A stretch of DNA of 64,000 nucleotides from Leucoraja ocellata. Taxonomy: Eukaryota. A program made the position numbers and the translations under genes. Position 1 is the first letter of the stretch. Every line of letters begins with the position of its first letter. Below, piece after piece: positions 12,088-24,864 of the stretch. The notes beneath the pieces were generated by a model. That model ran no database searches, was not told the origin of the DNA, and saw only the letters and a list, made by a program, of their open reading frames with translations. The DNA lies in the NCBI GenBank assembly GCA_036785375.1, contig JAWMAR010000026.1:992001-1056000 (forward strand). The letters run 5' to 3'.

Positions 12088-12399
12088 TTTAGACATTAGA
12101 CTTTAGAGATACAGCACGGAAACAGGCCCTTCGGCCCACCGAGTCTGTGCTGACCAGCAATCACCCCGTACGCTAGCACTATCCTACACACCAAGGAGAA
12201 TTTACGATTTCACTGGAGTCAATTATCCTACAAACCTGCACATCTTTGATGTGTGGAAGAAAACCGGAGCACCTGGAGAAAACTCACTTGGTCACAGGGA
12301 GAATATTAAAGTTCTGTACAAACTGCACCCGTAGTCAGGATCGAACCCGGGTTTCTGGAGCTGTAAGGTAGTAACTATCACTGTGACACTGTGCCACCC
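12088..12399 (-). mobile_element. HE1-type V-SINE
   Basis: Full head-core-tail match to other copies. Confidence 0.88.
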
Positions 12400-12539
12400 T
12401 GAAACGACTAAGACAGAGTAACAATTGCATTTGACACAAATCTGTAAAGTTATATCACTTTATTTGGGTATTCTGTTATTGTCTGTTTGTTCATTAGGGT
12501 TGATTGAGGTGGGTTCATTATGTTCATTGTTTGTTCAAG

Positions 12540-13290
12540 ACCACCATGGGCGTCGGGGAGATGGCAGCTCTGCCGGCAGTCTGTTAGTTTTTTCTTTCTT
12601 TTTGTTATTTTTTAGTGCGTTCAAAGTTTGTTTTAATGTTCTTCGGTATGTTTTATGCGGGAGGAGGGGGGAGGGGATCGGGGGGAACTTTTTTTCAAGT
12701 TCCTACCTTCCCGGAGATGTGATCAATTTTCGGATCACATTCTCCGGGCTCTGCGGCCTACCATCGCTGGAGCTGGAGCCCTCCTCAGACTGTCGTGAGC
12801 CCCATCACGGGGCGTGGACTTAACATCGGAGCGGATCCCTTGCCTGGGATCGCTCCCACCGTGATCACCGTGACTTACCATCTAGGGCTCGCAGTCTCAG
12901 GAGAGGCTAGTCGTGAGCTCCAACACCGCGGAAGGCTCGACCAGCCCTAATGCGAGGTTCGATCGCCCGGCGCGGGGGAGCTGACATTCACCTGATGCAG
13001 GAGCTGAACATCTCGATGCAGTGGGCCCGTACGCAGCCGGCTACGGGAATCAAGACCGTCCCGTCAACGGAGGGCTCGAGGCCCCTGACCGAGGAAGAAC
13101 AAAAGGAAGGATTTGAACTTTATATCGCCTTCCATCACAGTGCGGAATGTGTAGGAGTCACTGTGGTGGATGTTCATGTTAAAATGTGTTTTTGAGTGAT
13201 TTGTTGCTTTTAATTGTATGACTGACCTGGTCAATGAAATTCCTCGTATGTTGCAAAACATACTTGGCGAATAAAGTGTGATTCTGATTC
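12540..13290 (+). mobile_element. CpG-rich non-coding non-autonomous LINE derivative (Rex1/L2-type 3' end)
   Basis: No ORF; ends in stem-loop gtatgtt-gcaa-aacatac, then aataaa and a (tgattc)n tail. Confidence 0.6.
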
Positions 13291-13490
13291 ACGAGATATA
13301 GTGAAAAGCTTTTCTTTGCGTGCTATCCAGTAAAAAAAAGACTTTACATGAATACAATCAAGCCGTCACTGTGCACAGATAAAGGATAATGGGCACATTA
13401 TTTAGTGCAAGATGTAACATTAAGTCTGATAAAATCCGATTTAAAAAAGTTCAAAGATCTCCAATGAGGTAGATGGGAGGTCGGGACAGG
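13291..13490 (-). mobile_element. Rex1/Babar LINE 3'UTR fragment
   Basis: gagatatagtgaaaagctttt...ctccaatgaggtagatgggagg; same family as 57243-57770. Confidence 0.7.
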
Positions 13491-13494
13491 ACTT

Positions 13495-13650
13495 TGGCCG
13501 ATTACCCTCCAGGCTTGGTCCTGCCTCTCCTCTGTCCCAACTTCCTACCCCCACTATCAGTCTGAAGAAGGTTCCAACCCAAAACGTCACGTATCTATGT
13601 TCTCCAGAGATGCTGCCTGATCTGCTGACTTACTCCAAGACTTTGTGACC
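13495..13650 (+). mobile_element. Penelope-derived 3' end
   Basis: cagtctgaagaaggttccaacccaaaacgtcac...gatgctgcctgatctgctgacttactcca. Confidence 0.7.
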
Positions 13651-14544
13651 TTCTTTTTTCAAAGAACCAAGAAGCTCGCTTCTCAATATTATTAACAGAC
13701 CACACACCAGACCGGCCCAGTGTAGCACAGCATGGGCGTTCAGCATGTGTTCTCAGCAGTGCATGAAGTGCACTGTTGGAGGTGCCCTTATACCCTTTGC
13801 ATGGATGTAGCCAGGCCCCTGAACAGTGTATCTTGTAAACTTGTACATGATGTCATACGGATGGTTTGCGCTGTTCATTCAATCTTGTTTATGTGCGACT
13901 TGAAGGTTGATGGCTGTAACAGATTGTGATGGCAATCTCCAGTGCATACACTGTGTTGCCTGCCAGCTCCGATAATGTCATTCATCCCTGGCGTTGTTCT
14001 GCGATTCGCTTCACATGGCAGCAGTTCATGCTGATGGAATGTGCACCAGAGCTCCCTTGAAAAATATCCCTAAACTCATTGACAGTAAATGCATTACAGA
14101 AATTAACCTTTCCTTTTGGGGAGGGAAAATAAAGATAATTAATTTCACAGTGCATAAATTTAGAGTGAGCTGTGATTTGATTTTGCTGTTCATTTGTGGT
14201 CAAACACAAACAAACACAAATTGGAGGGGTGGAGTTTCCTCTCAGGGGAGTTTAAGGCAGGCTTCATTTTTGGAATTCACATTGTTTTGCTGTGTAAAAT
14301 TGGTACTGTAACAGATTTTGACATCCTTTAAATGGTGATGTCAGGTCCAAATACTTGTACATTTAAATCACTCACTTGAGATCTGTTTTTTGCTGTTTTA
14401 ACAAATGGGATAATGCCCCTGTGAAGAGTAGATGTTTGCTCAATTGAAATAATAGTACCAAGGGTCATTTCCTGGCTGGAGCTTTGAAATGGGGATGAGG
14501 CAACAAGTTTATTGTTATATGTGCAAGTACGCTCTTTAAAACCT

Positions 14545-14676
14545 CTACTCCCTTTATCATGTATCTGTACACTGTGGATGGCTCGATTGTAATCAGGTAT
14601 TGTCTTTCCACTGACTGGTTAGCATGCAGCAAAATGCTTTCTCTGTACCTCGGTACACGTGACAATAAACTAAACT
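14545..14676 (+). mobile_element. Rex1 3' end
   Basis: tgtacctcggtacacgtgacaataaactaaact tail. Confidence 0.75.
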
Positions 14677-14769
14677 TCAAAGGTACAGATAAGATAAAAA
14701 ATCTTGCTCTCAGCGGCATCACAGACACATGCACACAAAATATACAGAGGACATAGCTTTCAGTTGAGA

Positions 14770-15510
14770 GGAGAATAGTTTAAAGAAGATATGCAGGGCT
14801 AGTTCTATTACATAGAGTGGTGGGTGCCTGGAATAAGCTCCCATGGGTAATGGTGGAAAACATAGAAAACATAGAAATAGAAAATAGGTGCAGGAAGAGG
14901 CCATTCGGCCCTTTGAGCCAGCACCGCCATTCAATAGACAATAGACAATAGGTGCAGGAGCAGGCCATTCAGCCCTTCGAGCCAGCACCGCCATTCAATA
15001 TGATCATGGCTGATCATCCCCAATCAGTATCCCGTTCCTGCCTTCTCCCCATATCCCCTGATTCCGCTATTTTTAAGAGCCCTATCTAGCTCTCTCTTGA
15101 AAGCATCCAGAGAACCTGCCTCCACCGCCCTCTGAGGCAGAGAATTCCACAGACTCACCACTCTTTGTGAGAAAAAGTGTTTCCTTGTCTCCGTTCTAAA
15201 TGGCTTACTCCTTATTCTTAAACTGTGACCCCTGGTTCTGGACTCCCCCAACATCGGGAACATGTTTCCTGCCTCTAGCGTGTCCAAGCCCTTAACAATC
15301 TTATATGTTTCAAATTAATTGTGATCATGGCTGATCGCCCCAATCAATAACCCGTGCCTGCCTTCTCCCCATATCCCTTGATTCCACTAACCCCTAGAGC
15401 TCTATCTAACTCGGAGGCAGACATGATAGTGGCATTTAAGAAGCTTTTAGATGAACACATGGATATGCAGGGATTAAAGAAATATGGACCACATGCGGGC
15501 ACAGGAGCTT
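14770..15510. mobile_element. Three nested CR1 fragments: (+) host, (-) 14857-15412, inner (-) 14932-15313
   Basis: Host ...ggtaatggtgga resumes as ggaggcagacatgatag at 15413; two different tails (catagaaaa, caataga); inner copy translates LEAGNMFPMLGESRTRGHSLR. Confidence 0.85.
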
Positions 15511-15529
15511 TTGTAATGTCTTTCTTAAA

Positions 15530-15750
15530 GTCATAGTCATAGAATCATACTGCTAAGAAACAGGCCCTCTGGCCCAAATTGCCCATACTGCCCAAGATGC
15601 CCCATCTACACGAGACCCACCCGCCTGCTTGTGGAAAAAGTTGCCTCATAGGTTCCTATTAAATCTTCCCCCCTCACATTAAACTTATGTCCCTTGGTTC
15701 TTGGATTCCCCTATTCCTGGCAAAAGACTGTGCATTTACCCTATCTGTTA
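15530..15750 (-). mobile_element. CR1 3' fragment
   Basis: gtcatagtcatag tail, gaaacaggccc, aaaagttgcc...aaatctt. Confidence 0.7.
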
Positions 15751-16680
15751 TCCTACCTCTATCTTATTTTTCCCCTTTCGTTCAGGTTGCAGGGTTAGCA
15801 TTGTTCAAATAGCTTTAACGGTGAATACCATTTCAGGTGGCACCAAGATGGAAGTAAATCCGAGAGAAAATGTATCAGGTTTGGGTCCCATGAGGTTGCT
15901 AAAGACTGGTGGATGGAAAGTTGAGCATCTGAATGGTGACACCCAAAATCCCTCACCTCTCACCATGAAGGGATTATCATGGCTGATCCACATCTTAACT
16001 CTATTTCCCCACAATTCATAAACCCTCAATAATTTTCCCTTAAAATAAACAATGGTAAAAAGACATTGAGACCTTGATAGAGAACGGACATCCAGTTTTG
16101 ATATTCTTGCATCAAATGATTTTATTTAAATCTTATTTTAAGATTTATTTTAACATGTTATGGTCCTTCTAATATTCTCTATTCTCAAAGTTCTAATCTT
16201 TATTGCCATCTGTGTTCATTTTACCCTGGCCCCAGCATTCTTCTGCACAGCCTGACGTATTAATCTATTTATTGCTGTTGTGACAAGTTCAAGGTCTGAT
16301 ATCCCCCTGTGATTTTTTTTTGCCCAAGTCTCCTCCCCTGGAGTGTTCTCATTAAGCATTGGTTTGTGAAGACCTTCACTCTTGGTGCATTATATGTTGC
16401 CTTCACGTTTTGAAAGCCCCAACAACCCTCGAGTCACAAGCCTGTACAACGAGTATCACAATCGCTGTTGTTCAATAGCTGGAACTCTCTCTGCAACAGA
16501 AGCATGAGATGCTTGGGTTCAAAGTAACCAAGTGTGAAAATCCTATTTCCGGAGGTCATTTTTCCCTTTCTCTTTCCACTGCTAAGTCGGAGTGAATCTG
16601 GACGGCTAGGAATTAATGGCATTAACACTTTACACGCTGAAATTACTTTCAAATGCACACAAATGGTTATTTAGCTTCAA

Positions 16681-16993
16681 ACTTTATTTTAGACTAGAGA
16701 TACAGCCCGGAAACAGACCCTTCAGCCCAGCAAGACCGCTCCGACCAGCGTTCACTCCATACACAAACAGTGTCGTACACACTTAGGGACATTTTTTACA
16801 ACCTACTTACGCCAATTAACCTACAATCCTACACATCTTTGGAACGTGGGAGGAAACCGGAGCACCCGGAGAAAACCCATGCAGTCACAGGGAGAATGTA
16901 CAAACTCTGTATAGACAGCACCTGTAGTCAGGATCGAACCCTGGTCTCTAGTGCTGTAAGGCATCAACTCTACCGCTGCATCACTGTGCTGCC
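16681..16993 (-). mobile_element. HE1-type V-SINE
   Basis: Full head-core-tail match. Confidence 0.88.
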
Positions 16994-17399
16994 GTTTCTG
17001 AGTAAAATTCCCATCAACAAAAAAATTGGTCAAGGGAACAGGTATTTTTATGAAAAACTTGTAGAACCAGCTCTGCCATTTGGAAAGGTTGAGAATGGAT
17101 GTGGGCCAAACATGGGCAAATAGGGCTAGATTAGAATGGGCGTCTTGGTCAGCATGGGCGATTTGGGCTGAAGGACCTATTTCCGTACTGTATGACTATG
17201 GCTCAATTTTCACACCTGTCTGCTTCCTGTCATAGGACAAACTGACATTAAGAATTCCTTAAGTTACTCAACATCAGGGGCATAAAAAAAGTTAAATCTG
17301 AAATTGGCAGTAGCTTAATGCGCTGGAATGAGTTTTAAAACTCAGACTAAAAAAATATATGAAATCATGATATAATGCATTAAAACATGCACCAAACAC

Positions 17400-17950
17400 G
17401 AGGTGGTGTTTTCAGGACTGCAATGTGATCCTGCTTTGTATTAGGTGTTGCACTCCGCGCATTATTATAGAGCATCCGCTCTCCGTCGCCAATTTGCTGA
17501 CCACTCACTTATCGATTTTTCTTTCCATGTTTTAATTTGTGGGTTGTTTTTCTCTCTCTCTCTCTCTCGGAGCGAGGTAGAGAGGCAGACGCATTACATC
17601 ATGCGTACCGCTGAAGCAGAAAATGTTGCTGCAGTCCTCGGTGAGGGTTGCGGGCTGTCTGGAGGCTTGAAGGACAAGCCCAGCAGCAGATCAAAGGACG
17701 AATGCAGCCCCACACCTGACTCAGTGTAGGACAGTCGCCATGCATCTCATCCACCCATCATTTTGTGGCAATTATACACTTCTACATTTCACAAAACAGG
17801 TCTGTCCCCTTGATCAATTTTGCCGTTAATGGCAATTTTAGTCAGAGAAAACTTTCTCATTCTAGGCAGGAAATTTGTCCGAGCAATCTTTAATTTTCTT
17901 TTTTGCCAGGTGCAATTATTATTGCGATCATTCATTTAAAAAACTGCACT
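17400..17950. promoter_or_regulatory. Repeat-free, locally CpG-enriched island: candidate regulatory element or alternative first exon
   Basis: No repeat similarity seen; ATGs at 17601 and 17623 followed by donor-like G|GTGAGG at 17641; TCF/LEF agatcaaagg 17688-17697; AP-1 tgactca 17717-17723. Confidence 0.35.
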
Positions 17951-17969
17951 GACAGGTGGAGAAAACAGT

Positions 17970-18200
17970 TATACATTTTTTCTCCCAAAAGGTGGTGTGT
18001 CTATGGAACAAGCTGTCAGAGGTGGTAGTTGACTATTGCAACGTTTAAGACACAATTAGACAGGTACATAGATGGGCCAGGTTTAGAGGGATATGGGCCA
18101 AACACAGGCAAGTGGCATTAGCTTTGATGGGACAAGTTGGTCGTTGTGGGCAAGTTGGGCTAAAGGGGCTGTTTCCACACTGTATGACTATGACTCTATG
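17970..18200 (+). mobile_element. CR1 3' end
   Basis: ggtggtgtgtctatggaacaagctg...tgtttccacactgtatgactatgactctatga. Confidence 0.8.
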
Positions 18201-19109
18201 AGTTCAGGGCAGTAGTTACGTGAAGCCCTATCCAATATTGGTTTGGCTGCATCTATTCTGGTTACCTCAAAAAAGATTCTAGGGACTCGTGGTGCAAAAA
18301 AAGCTTCAGTGATTCTGAGGATAGAATGCTTTGGTTACCTTATGAGTCTGGAGAAGCTAGAAGAGATGATTTGGACAAAGTGCTCAGAAGCAAAGATGTG
18401 GACAATGGTAAACTGTAGAATGGACAGAGCATCAAGGAGGAACAAATTGCAATGCAGGGGAAATGGATTGAATGTGTAGGAAGGAACTGCAGATGCTAGT
18501 TTACTTTTTCGAACAAGATGTGGCCATCTCAGCCACTGACAACATTTATAGCCCATCTCTAATGGCTCCTGAACTGAGGTTGTAGCTGAGGGTTATATGA
18601 CTGGAGAAACTAGAGTCAGATAAAGACCAGCCTAGATAAAGAGCGGAGCTTTCCATCAGTGTCGGGGTTGAGTCTTGCAGGGAATATGTAATCATTTAGT
18701 AGCTTCCCACTGCTAATAGTAGCATGTTAACAAATAGATTTATATAATCATTTAAATAATCATTTGAAATAAAATTCCTCTGGTTCTGAATGTCTCTGAA
18801 TCGATATCCAAACCTCTGAATATTAGCTCAATGACTCAAACCATTCTGCCATTATTCTAATTTTTACTTTACTTGTAGTTTATTCAATTCACATATATAT
18901 TACGTATAAGGAGTCATCTTGCTTTTTGGTAATGGTGTGTAAAATAAACAATATGGATCCATCTATTTACATCCGGGTAGATTCTTGCTTCTAGATGTAT
19001 TTACTAACTGGAGTATGCGATTAGTGATGCAATCTCCTTTGCAAAACATCCCAACAAACAGATGGCGCCTCCACATTTGTAACCAAGAAGACCAAAGTGT
19101 TAAGTAAAA

Positions 19110-19406
19110 GTTTGATTTGTAGATACATCGAGGAAACAGGCCCTTCGGCCCATCAAATCGTGCCAACCGATGATCACCAATACACTAGCTGTATCCCACA
19201 CACTAAGGACAATTTACAGAAATCAATTAACCTTACAAATCTGCACATTTTTGGAATGTGGAAGGAAACCAGAGCACCCGGAGAAGACCCATGTAGTCAC
19301 AGGGAGAACATGCAAACTCCATACAGATAGCGGCCATAGTCAAGATCGAACCTGGGTCTCTGGTGCTGTAAGGCAGCAACTCCATCTTGGTGTCACGGTG
19401 CCTCCC
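19110..19406 (-). mobile_element. HE1-type V-SINE
   Basis: Full head-core-tail match. Confidence 0.85.
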
Positions 19407-20739
19407 TTGAACAAAAGGTGGTTGTAACTTTCTTTAATTTATTTATTCAAGGGGTGAGAGCGTCACTGATTACTTTGCCATTTTTTTACATTTTATTTGA
19501 GTTCTTCCCTGTGCATGTTTGTGGGTGTTGCGTGTACAAGGCAATGTAGAGGCCACACATTGCTTCAATTCTCCCTTACAAGTGCTGTGGTCAGCATCTT
19601 CAAATGTGGTTGTCAGGAGTGGTTTACTGTGGAGGATCTTCTATCCGACTCGAGCCTGTGGTTATGGTGGTACATCAGGTATTGGCAATCAAAACAATGC
19701 ACTGGATAATGTTTGCCCATATTAGATAATAGTGTGCATCAATCTCATTGAATTTGGTGGTTTCAGGATATGCTTATTAATGCTATGAATTAAGTGTTAT
19801 GGATTAGTGAGGCCAACTAAAAATCAACTTACCACATTCAAATGTTTCACGTTTTGCTTTTACTTTCACTCTTTACACAAAACGCTATTTAAAAAAACAA
19901 TACAAAGGAAGCGATTGAAACATTTCAATCACATTAATAATCGGCATTGGGTCATATGGTCACAGAGAGCACTTCAGCCCACCGAGTCTGTACTGACCAC
20001 CAGACAACCATTTTTTACATTAATCCTTTGCTAACCCATTCCCAGGGAAAGACACAAAGTACTGCAGTACTTCAGCGGGTCAGGCATCAACCCTAGAGAA
20101 AATGGATGGGTGACTTTTCACCTTGGAACGGTGGAACCCTTCTTCAGCCTGTCCCTCTCCCCACATTCATATTTTTAGCTTATTTGAACAGAATTGGACT
20201 GAATTTCAGATGTGGAGAATAACCCACAGCTAATGGTAGATGGGGCTTTCAGTGTAAGCAACCATGATTGAATTTCTCTCCCATTATATTTTAGTTACCT
20301 TTACTACAAGCATAGAAGCAGGTCATTAAACCCAGTTGATAGTTATGCTACAAATGAGCCTCATGCAATTCAAACAACAAACCCTTTTTTTCCTATTTTT
20401 GTACGCGTGGCTGGTAAGTTTATGCATTATTTGATTATACTATATAGAAAATGTACAAACAATTTTTCCATAAAATATCTCCATTCTTATTTTGTTATAA
20501 CCAGCATCCAGCAATGCTATATTGGGGCAGGTATTAATACTATTTCCCAATTTATTTCGCTGCAAACCATTTCTCTCACATTTTCATCTACTCCATCCTG
20601 ATTCTCCAAACGTGCACCATCACTAGAAGTAATCCACAAAAAATATTTAATCACACAAACGTGCTTAGGATGTATGTAAATCTTCTCTCACATATCTTTC
20701 AACTTAGCTCCTCTCACCTTAAAGCTAAACTTAACTCTG

Positions 20740-21208
20740 TTGCCTGGGTTTCAACAACTAAGTTACAGAGATAGGTTGAATAAGTTAGGTCTTTATTCTC
20801 TGGAGCGCAGAAGGTTAAGGGGGGACTTGTTAGAGGTCTTTAAAATGATGAGAGGGATAGACAGAGTTGATGTGGACAAGCTTTTCCCTTTGAGAATAGG
20901 GAATATTCAAACAAGAGGACATGACTTCAGAATTAAGGGACAGAAGTTTAGGGGTAACATGAGGGGAAACTTCTTTACTCAGAGAGTGGTAGCTGTGTGG
21001 AATGAGCTTCCAGTGGAAGTGGTGGAGGCAGGTTCGTTGGTATCATTTAAAAATAAATTGGATAGGCATATGGATGAGAAGGGAATGGAGGGTTATGGTA
21101 TGAGTGTAGGCAGGTGGGACTAAGGGAAAAAATTTGTTCGGCACCGACTTGTAGGGCCGAGATGGCCTGTTTCCGTGCTGTAATTGTTATATGGTTATGT
21201 GGTTATAA
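20740..21208 (+). mobile_element. CR1 3' fragment, open for 127 codons to the ORF2 stop
   Basis: LSYRDRLNKLGLYSLERRRLRGDL...RGNFFTQRVVAVWNELP; tail ttatatggttatgtggttata. Confidence 0.92.
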
Positions 21209-21311
21209 AAAAGGACGGTGACCTTGTACAAGAGAAGAAGGCTGCTTTTGATGCACTAGATATGGTTAGCTTAATGCTGTGGGTGGATGTGCAATGTACC
21301 TGTGGCCTCTT

Positions 21312-21430
21312 GACCTAGAAGAGTCTCGACCCAAAATGTCACTTACCCATGTTCTCCAAAGATGCTGCCTGACCTCCTGAGTTACTCCAGCACCTTTTGT
21401 GTATAAACTGGCATCTGTAGTTCTTTGTTT
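21312..21430 (+). mobile_element. Penelope-derived 3' end
   Basis: gaagagtctcgacccaaaatgtcac...gagttactccagcac...gcatctgtagttc. Confidence 0.7.
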
Positions 21431-21703
21431 CTAATTCTTCTGTTATGGAATGCCCCTGGATGCAATGCCTCTAGGTGCAATTCGAGGGTGGAACAAGGAA
21501 TCAGATGTGTCTTCTGGCTGGAAATCAGTGCAATCCAACCCAATATTTTTTTTAAGTTACACTACTCTGCGAAGAGGGGCCAGTGGATGAAACTTGCCAG
21601 TGATATAAACCTGCCGACTGAATGACAAAGAAAAATTGTGGAGACAAAATCTGACGAATGTTGTCTAAAATCGGGAGAGATTGAGCAGGCTGGGACACAA
21701 TTC

Positions 21704-22714
21704 TGGGTATCGCAAGGCTCGGTGCTGGGACCACAGCTATTTACAATATACATCAAAGATTTGAATGAAGGGATTCAAAATAACATTAGCAAATTTTCAG
21801 ATGAAACAAAGCTGGGTGGCAGTGTGAACTGTGAGGAGGATGCTATGAGAATGCAGGGTGACTTGGACAGGTTGGGGGAGTGGGCAGATGCATGGCAGAT
21901 GAAGTTTAATATAGATACATGTGAGGTTATCCACTTTGGTATCAAAAACAGGAAGGAAGATTACTATCTAAATAGCATCAAGTTGGGAAAGGGGGAAGTA
22001 CAACGGGGTCTGGGGGTCCTTGTTCATCAGTATATGAAAGTAGGCATGCAGGTACAGCAGGCAGTGAAGAAAGCAAATGGCATTTATAACAAGAGGAGTC
22101 GAGTATAGGAGCAAAGAGGTCCTTCTGCAGCTGCACAGAGCCCAGAGACCACACCTAGAGTATTGTATGCAGTTTTGGTCCCCTAATTTGAGGAAGGACA
22201 TTCTTGCTATTGAGGGAGTGCAGCGTAGGTTTACAAGGTTAATTCCCGGGATGGCGGGACTGTCATATGCTGAGAGAATGGAGCGGCTGGGCTTGTACAC
22301 TCTGGAGTTTAGAAGGATGAGAGAGAATCTTATGGAAACATATAAGATTGTTAAGGGTTTGGACAGGCTAGAGGCAGGAAACATGTTCCCGATGTTGGGG
22401 GAGTCCAGGGGCCACAGTTTAAGAATAAGGGGTAAGCCATTTAGAATGGAGCCGAGGAACCACTTTTTCTCACAGAGAATTGTGAGTGTGGAGTTCTCTG
22501 CCTCAGAGGGCAGTGGAGGCCGGTTCTCTGGATACTTTCAAGAGAGAGCTAGATAAGGCTCTTAAAGATAGCGCAGTCAGGGGATATGGGGAGAAGGCAG
22601 GAATTGGGTACTGATTGGGGATGATCAGCCATGATCACATTGAATGGTGGTGCTGGCTCGAAGGGTCAAATGGCCTACTCCTGCACCTATTGTCTATTGT
22701 CTATTGTCTATTGT
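21704..22714 (+). mobile_element. 5'-truncated CR1 (RT C-terminal half to tail)
   Basis: [38 protein letters not shown]; frameshifted; (ctattgt)4 tail. Confidence 0.93.
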
Positions 22715-22716
22715 CA

Positions 22717-23138
22717 ATTCCTTGAAGTGCAGGAGGACGAGGGGTGATCTTATAGAGGTGTATAAGATCATGAGAGGAATAGATCAGGTAAACACAGCGT
22801 CTCTTCCCCAGAGTAGGGGGAAACAGACATAGGTTTAAGTTTGAGGGGTTGGTGGGGAGGGGGGGGGGGGGGATTTAATACAAACCTGAGGGGTAACATT
22901 TTTACAAAATGTTGGATGGTGGGTGTATGGAATGAGCTGTCAGAGAAGGCAGGTACTATTGAGGCAGGTACTATTGCTGTGTGTAAGAAACATTTAGACA
23001 GGAACATGTTAAGGATAGGTTTAGAGGGATTCGGGCCAAACACAGGCAGGAGGGACTAATGTAGACAGGTCATGTTGGTCAGTGTGGGCAAGTTGGGCCG
23101 AAGGGCCTGTTTCCATACTGTATGACTCTGACTCTATG
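22717..23138 (+). mobile_element. CR1 3' fragment
   Basis: RGDLIEVYKIMRGID; tail ctgtatgactctgactctatga. Confidence 0.85.
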
Positions 23139-23225
23139 AAGGGTCCCGACCTGAAACGTTACCTGTCCATTTCCTACCACAGATGCTGCCTGACCCGTTG
23201 AGATCCTCCAACACTTTGAGTTTCG
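23137..23225 (+). mobile_element. Penelope-derived 3' end
   Basis: gaagggtcccgacctgaaacgttacc...gatgctgcctgacccgttgag. Confidence 0.7.
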
Positions 23226-23864
23226 CAAAGTAAAATTGTGAGTAATGATAGCGGATATAGATATGTCAAAGAGTACTTTCGCGACTAGTATTCACAATAG
23301 GCTCAGATGGTTGTACAACTGAGGGTTGCCCTGTGTGCTACAAATCCATCCTGATTCACTTTACCGTCTTATTTCTTGTTCTCTCATAGTATTGGAGCAA
23401 GACTAATCATTGATTTAGTCACCAAGAGAAGTGTTTGAAAGTATTAATGGAATACACTTTTCAGAAGTAAATTGTATCGTACGTTTTCTGTTCTGTTTTC
23501 CCAATCCTTAGATCCCACGTACAAAGCACAATCTGTTCGCACAATAGGAACTGTCTGCTGTCTGATTAATGCTTTGCCTCTTGGGGGTGCTGGAGGGAGG
23601 GGAGGAGGGGGGGGGGTGGGGGGAGCATGGCGGAAATTGAGAACTCAACAGATGGGGAATTGTTACTTTGACCAGAGTCCTATCATTCTGCAGAACACCG
23701 TGCTGTCATTTTGACACGCGTCAAATCCCTGACTCTCTCCCTTCCATCAGAAGGGAAGAAGCCACGCTTTGTGGTGAGGGGAGGCTGCTACCATCTCCAA
23801 TACAAAAAGAAAAAAGAGCTTTATGACATACAAGAACCACAATGATGAACGATAATGAATTCAT

Positions 23865-24527
23865 CATGAAGATGTGTCCTGGACCCAGCACATTGATGCA
23901 ATCATAAAGAATCCCCCCAAAATGTCTGTACTTCCTTAGAGGATTCAGTATGTCAATGAATACTAGTTTGAACGTCTACAGGTATATAGTAGAGAGCATA
24001 TTGACTGATTGCATCACGGCCTGGTTCGACAGCTCAAACAACCAGGAATAAAGAAGATTGCCAGAAATGGTGAATACTGCCCGCTCAATCATGGGTACCG
24101 ACCTCTTCGCCATCGAAGGGATCTACAGGAGGCCCTGCCTCATCATCAGGCAGCCATGCATCAGGGACCCCACACCACAAGGCCACGCTTTTGTTTCACT
24201 CCTGCCATCGAGACGAAGGTAAAGGAACCTGAAAACTGTAATATACAGGTTCGCGAGCAGCTTCTTCCCAACAACCATCAGGCTATTAAACACAACCTCC
24301 AACTAAGCTCCGTACTATATAGACTTAGGGGGCTTTGTTTTTTTTTTAATCATTTTTGTCTTTGCACCATCATTATTTTGTTTATTTTGTATATTGAACA
24401 TTTTTGTTGTTCTTAATGGTGTTTACAGATTACTCTCTTTACATATCTGTTGTGCTGCTGCAAGCAAGAATGTAATTGTTCTGTTTCAGACCATGTGACA
24501 ACAAAACACTTTTGACTCTTGACTCTA
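23865..24527 (+). mobile_element. Rex1/Babar LINE 3' fragment
   Basis: Degenerate ESILTDCITAWF / SFFPTTIRLLN-type C-terminus; tail gtgacaacaaaacacttttgactcttgactc. Confidence 0.75.
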
Positions 24528-24864
24528 GATAGGTACTGGATACCCTAAAAGGTGTACTGCCAAGTGAGAAGACATTGTTCCCACTGGTATACCAAGATCC
24601 AGATTTGATCACAACTTCCAATTCATTAATGAGAGAACGTGTATTAAAATCCATGGGTTACCTGCACTCTCTGTTGATTGGGAGTTGCCTGGGCAGCCAG
24701 TCCCAGGTAATGATCGTCAAAGCTCCCTGTGGACGCATAAAATAGGGGGTATTAGTGCAAAACTGCTGATGTCCTGCAAACCTCTGCTAGTGTTGCCATT
24801 TCTGATTGGGTGCATTGGAGGTTTCATCGCATGATCCTCCCATCCACTGCCCTATCAAGTTTGG

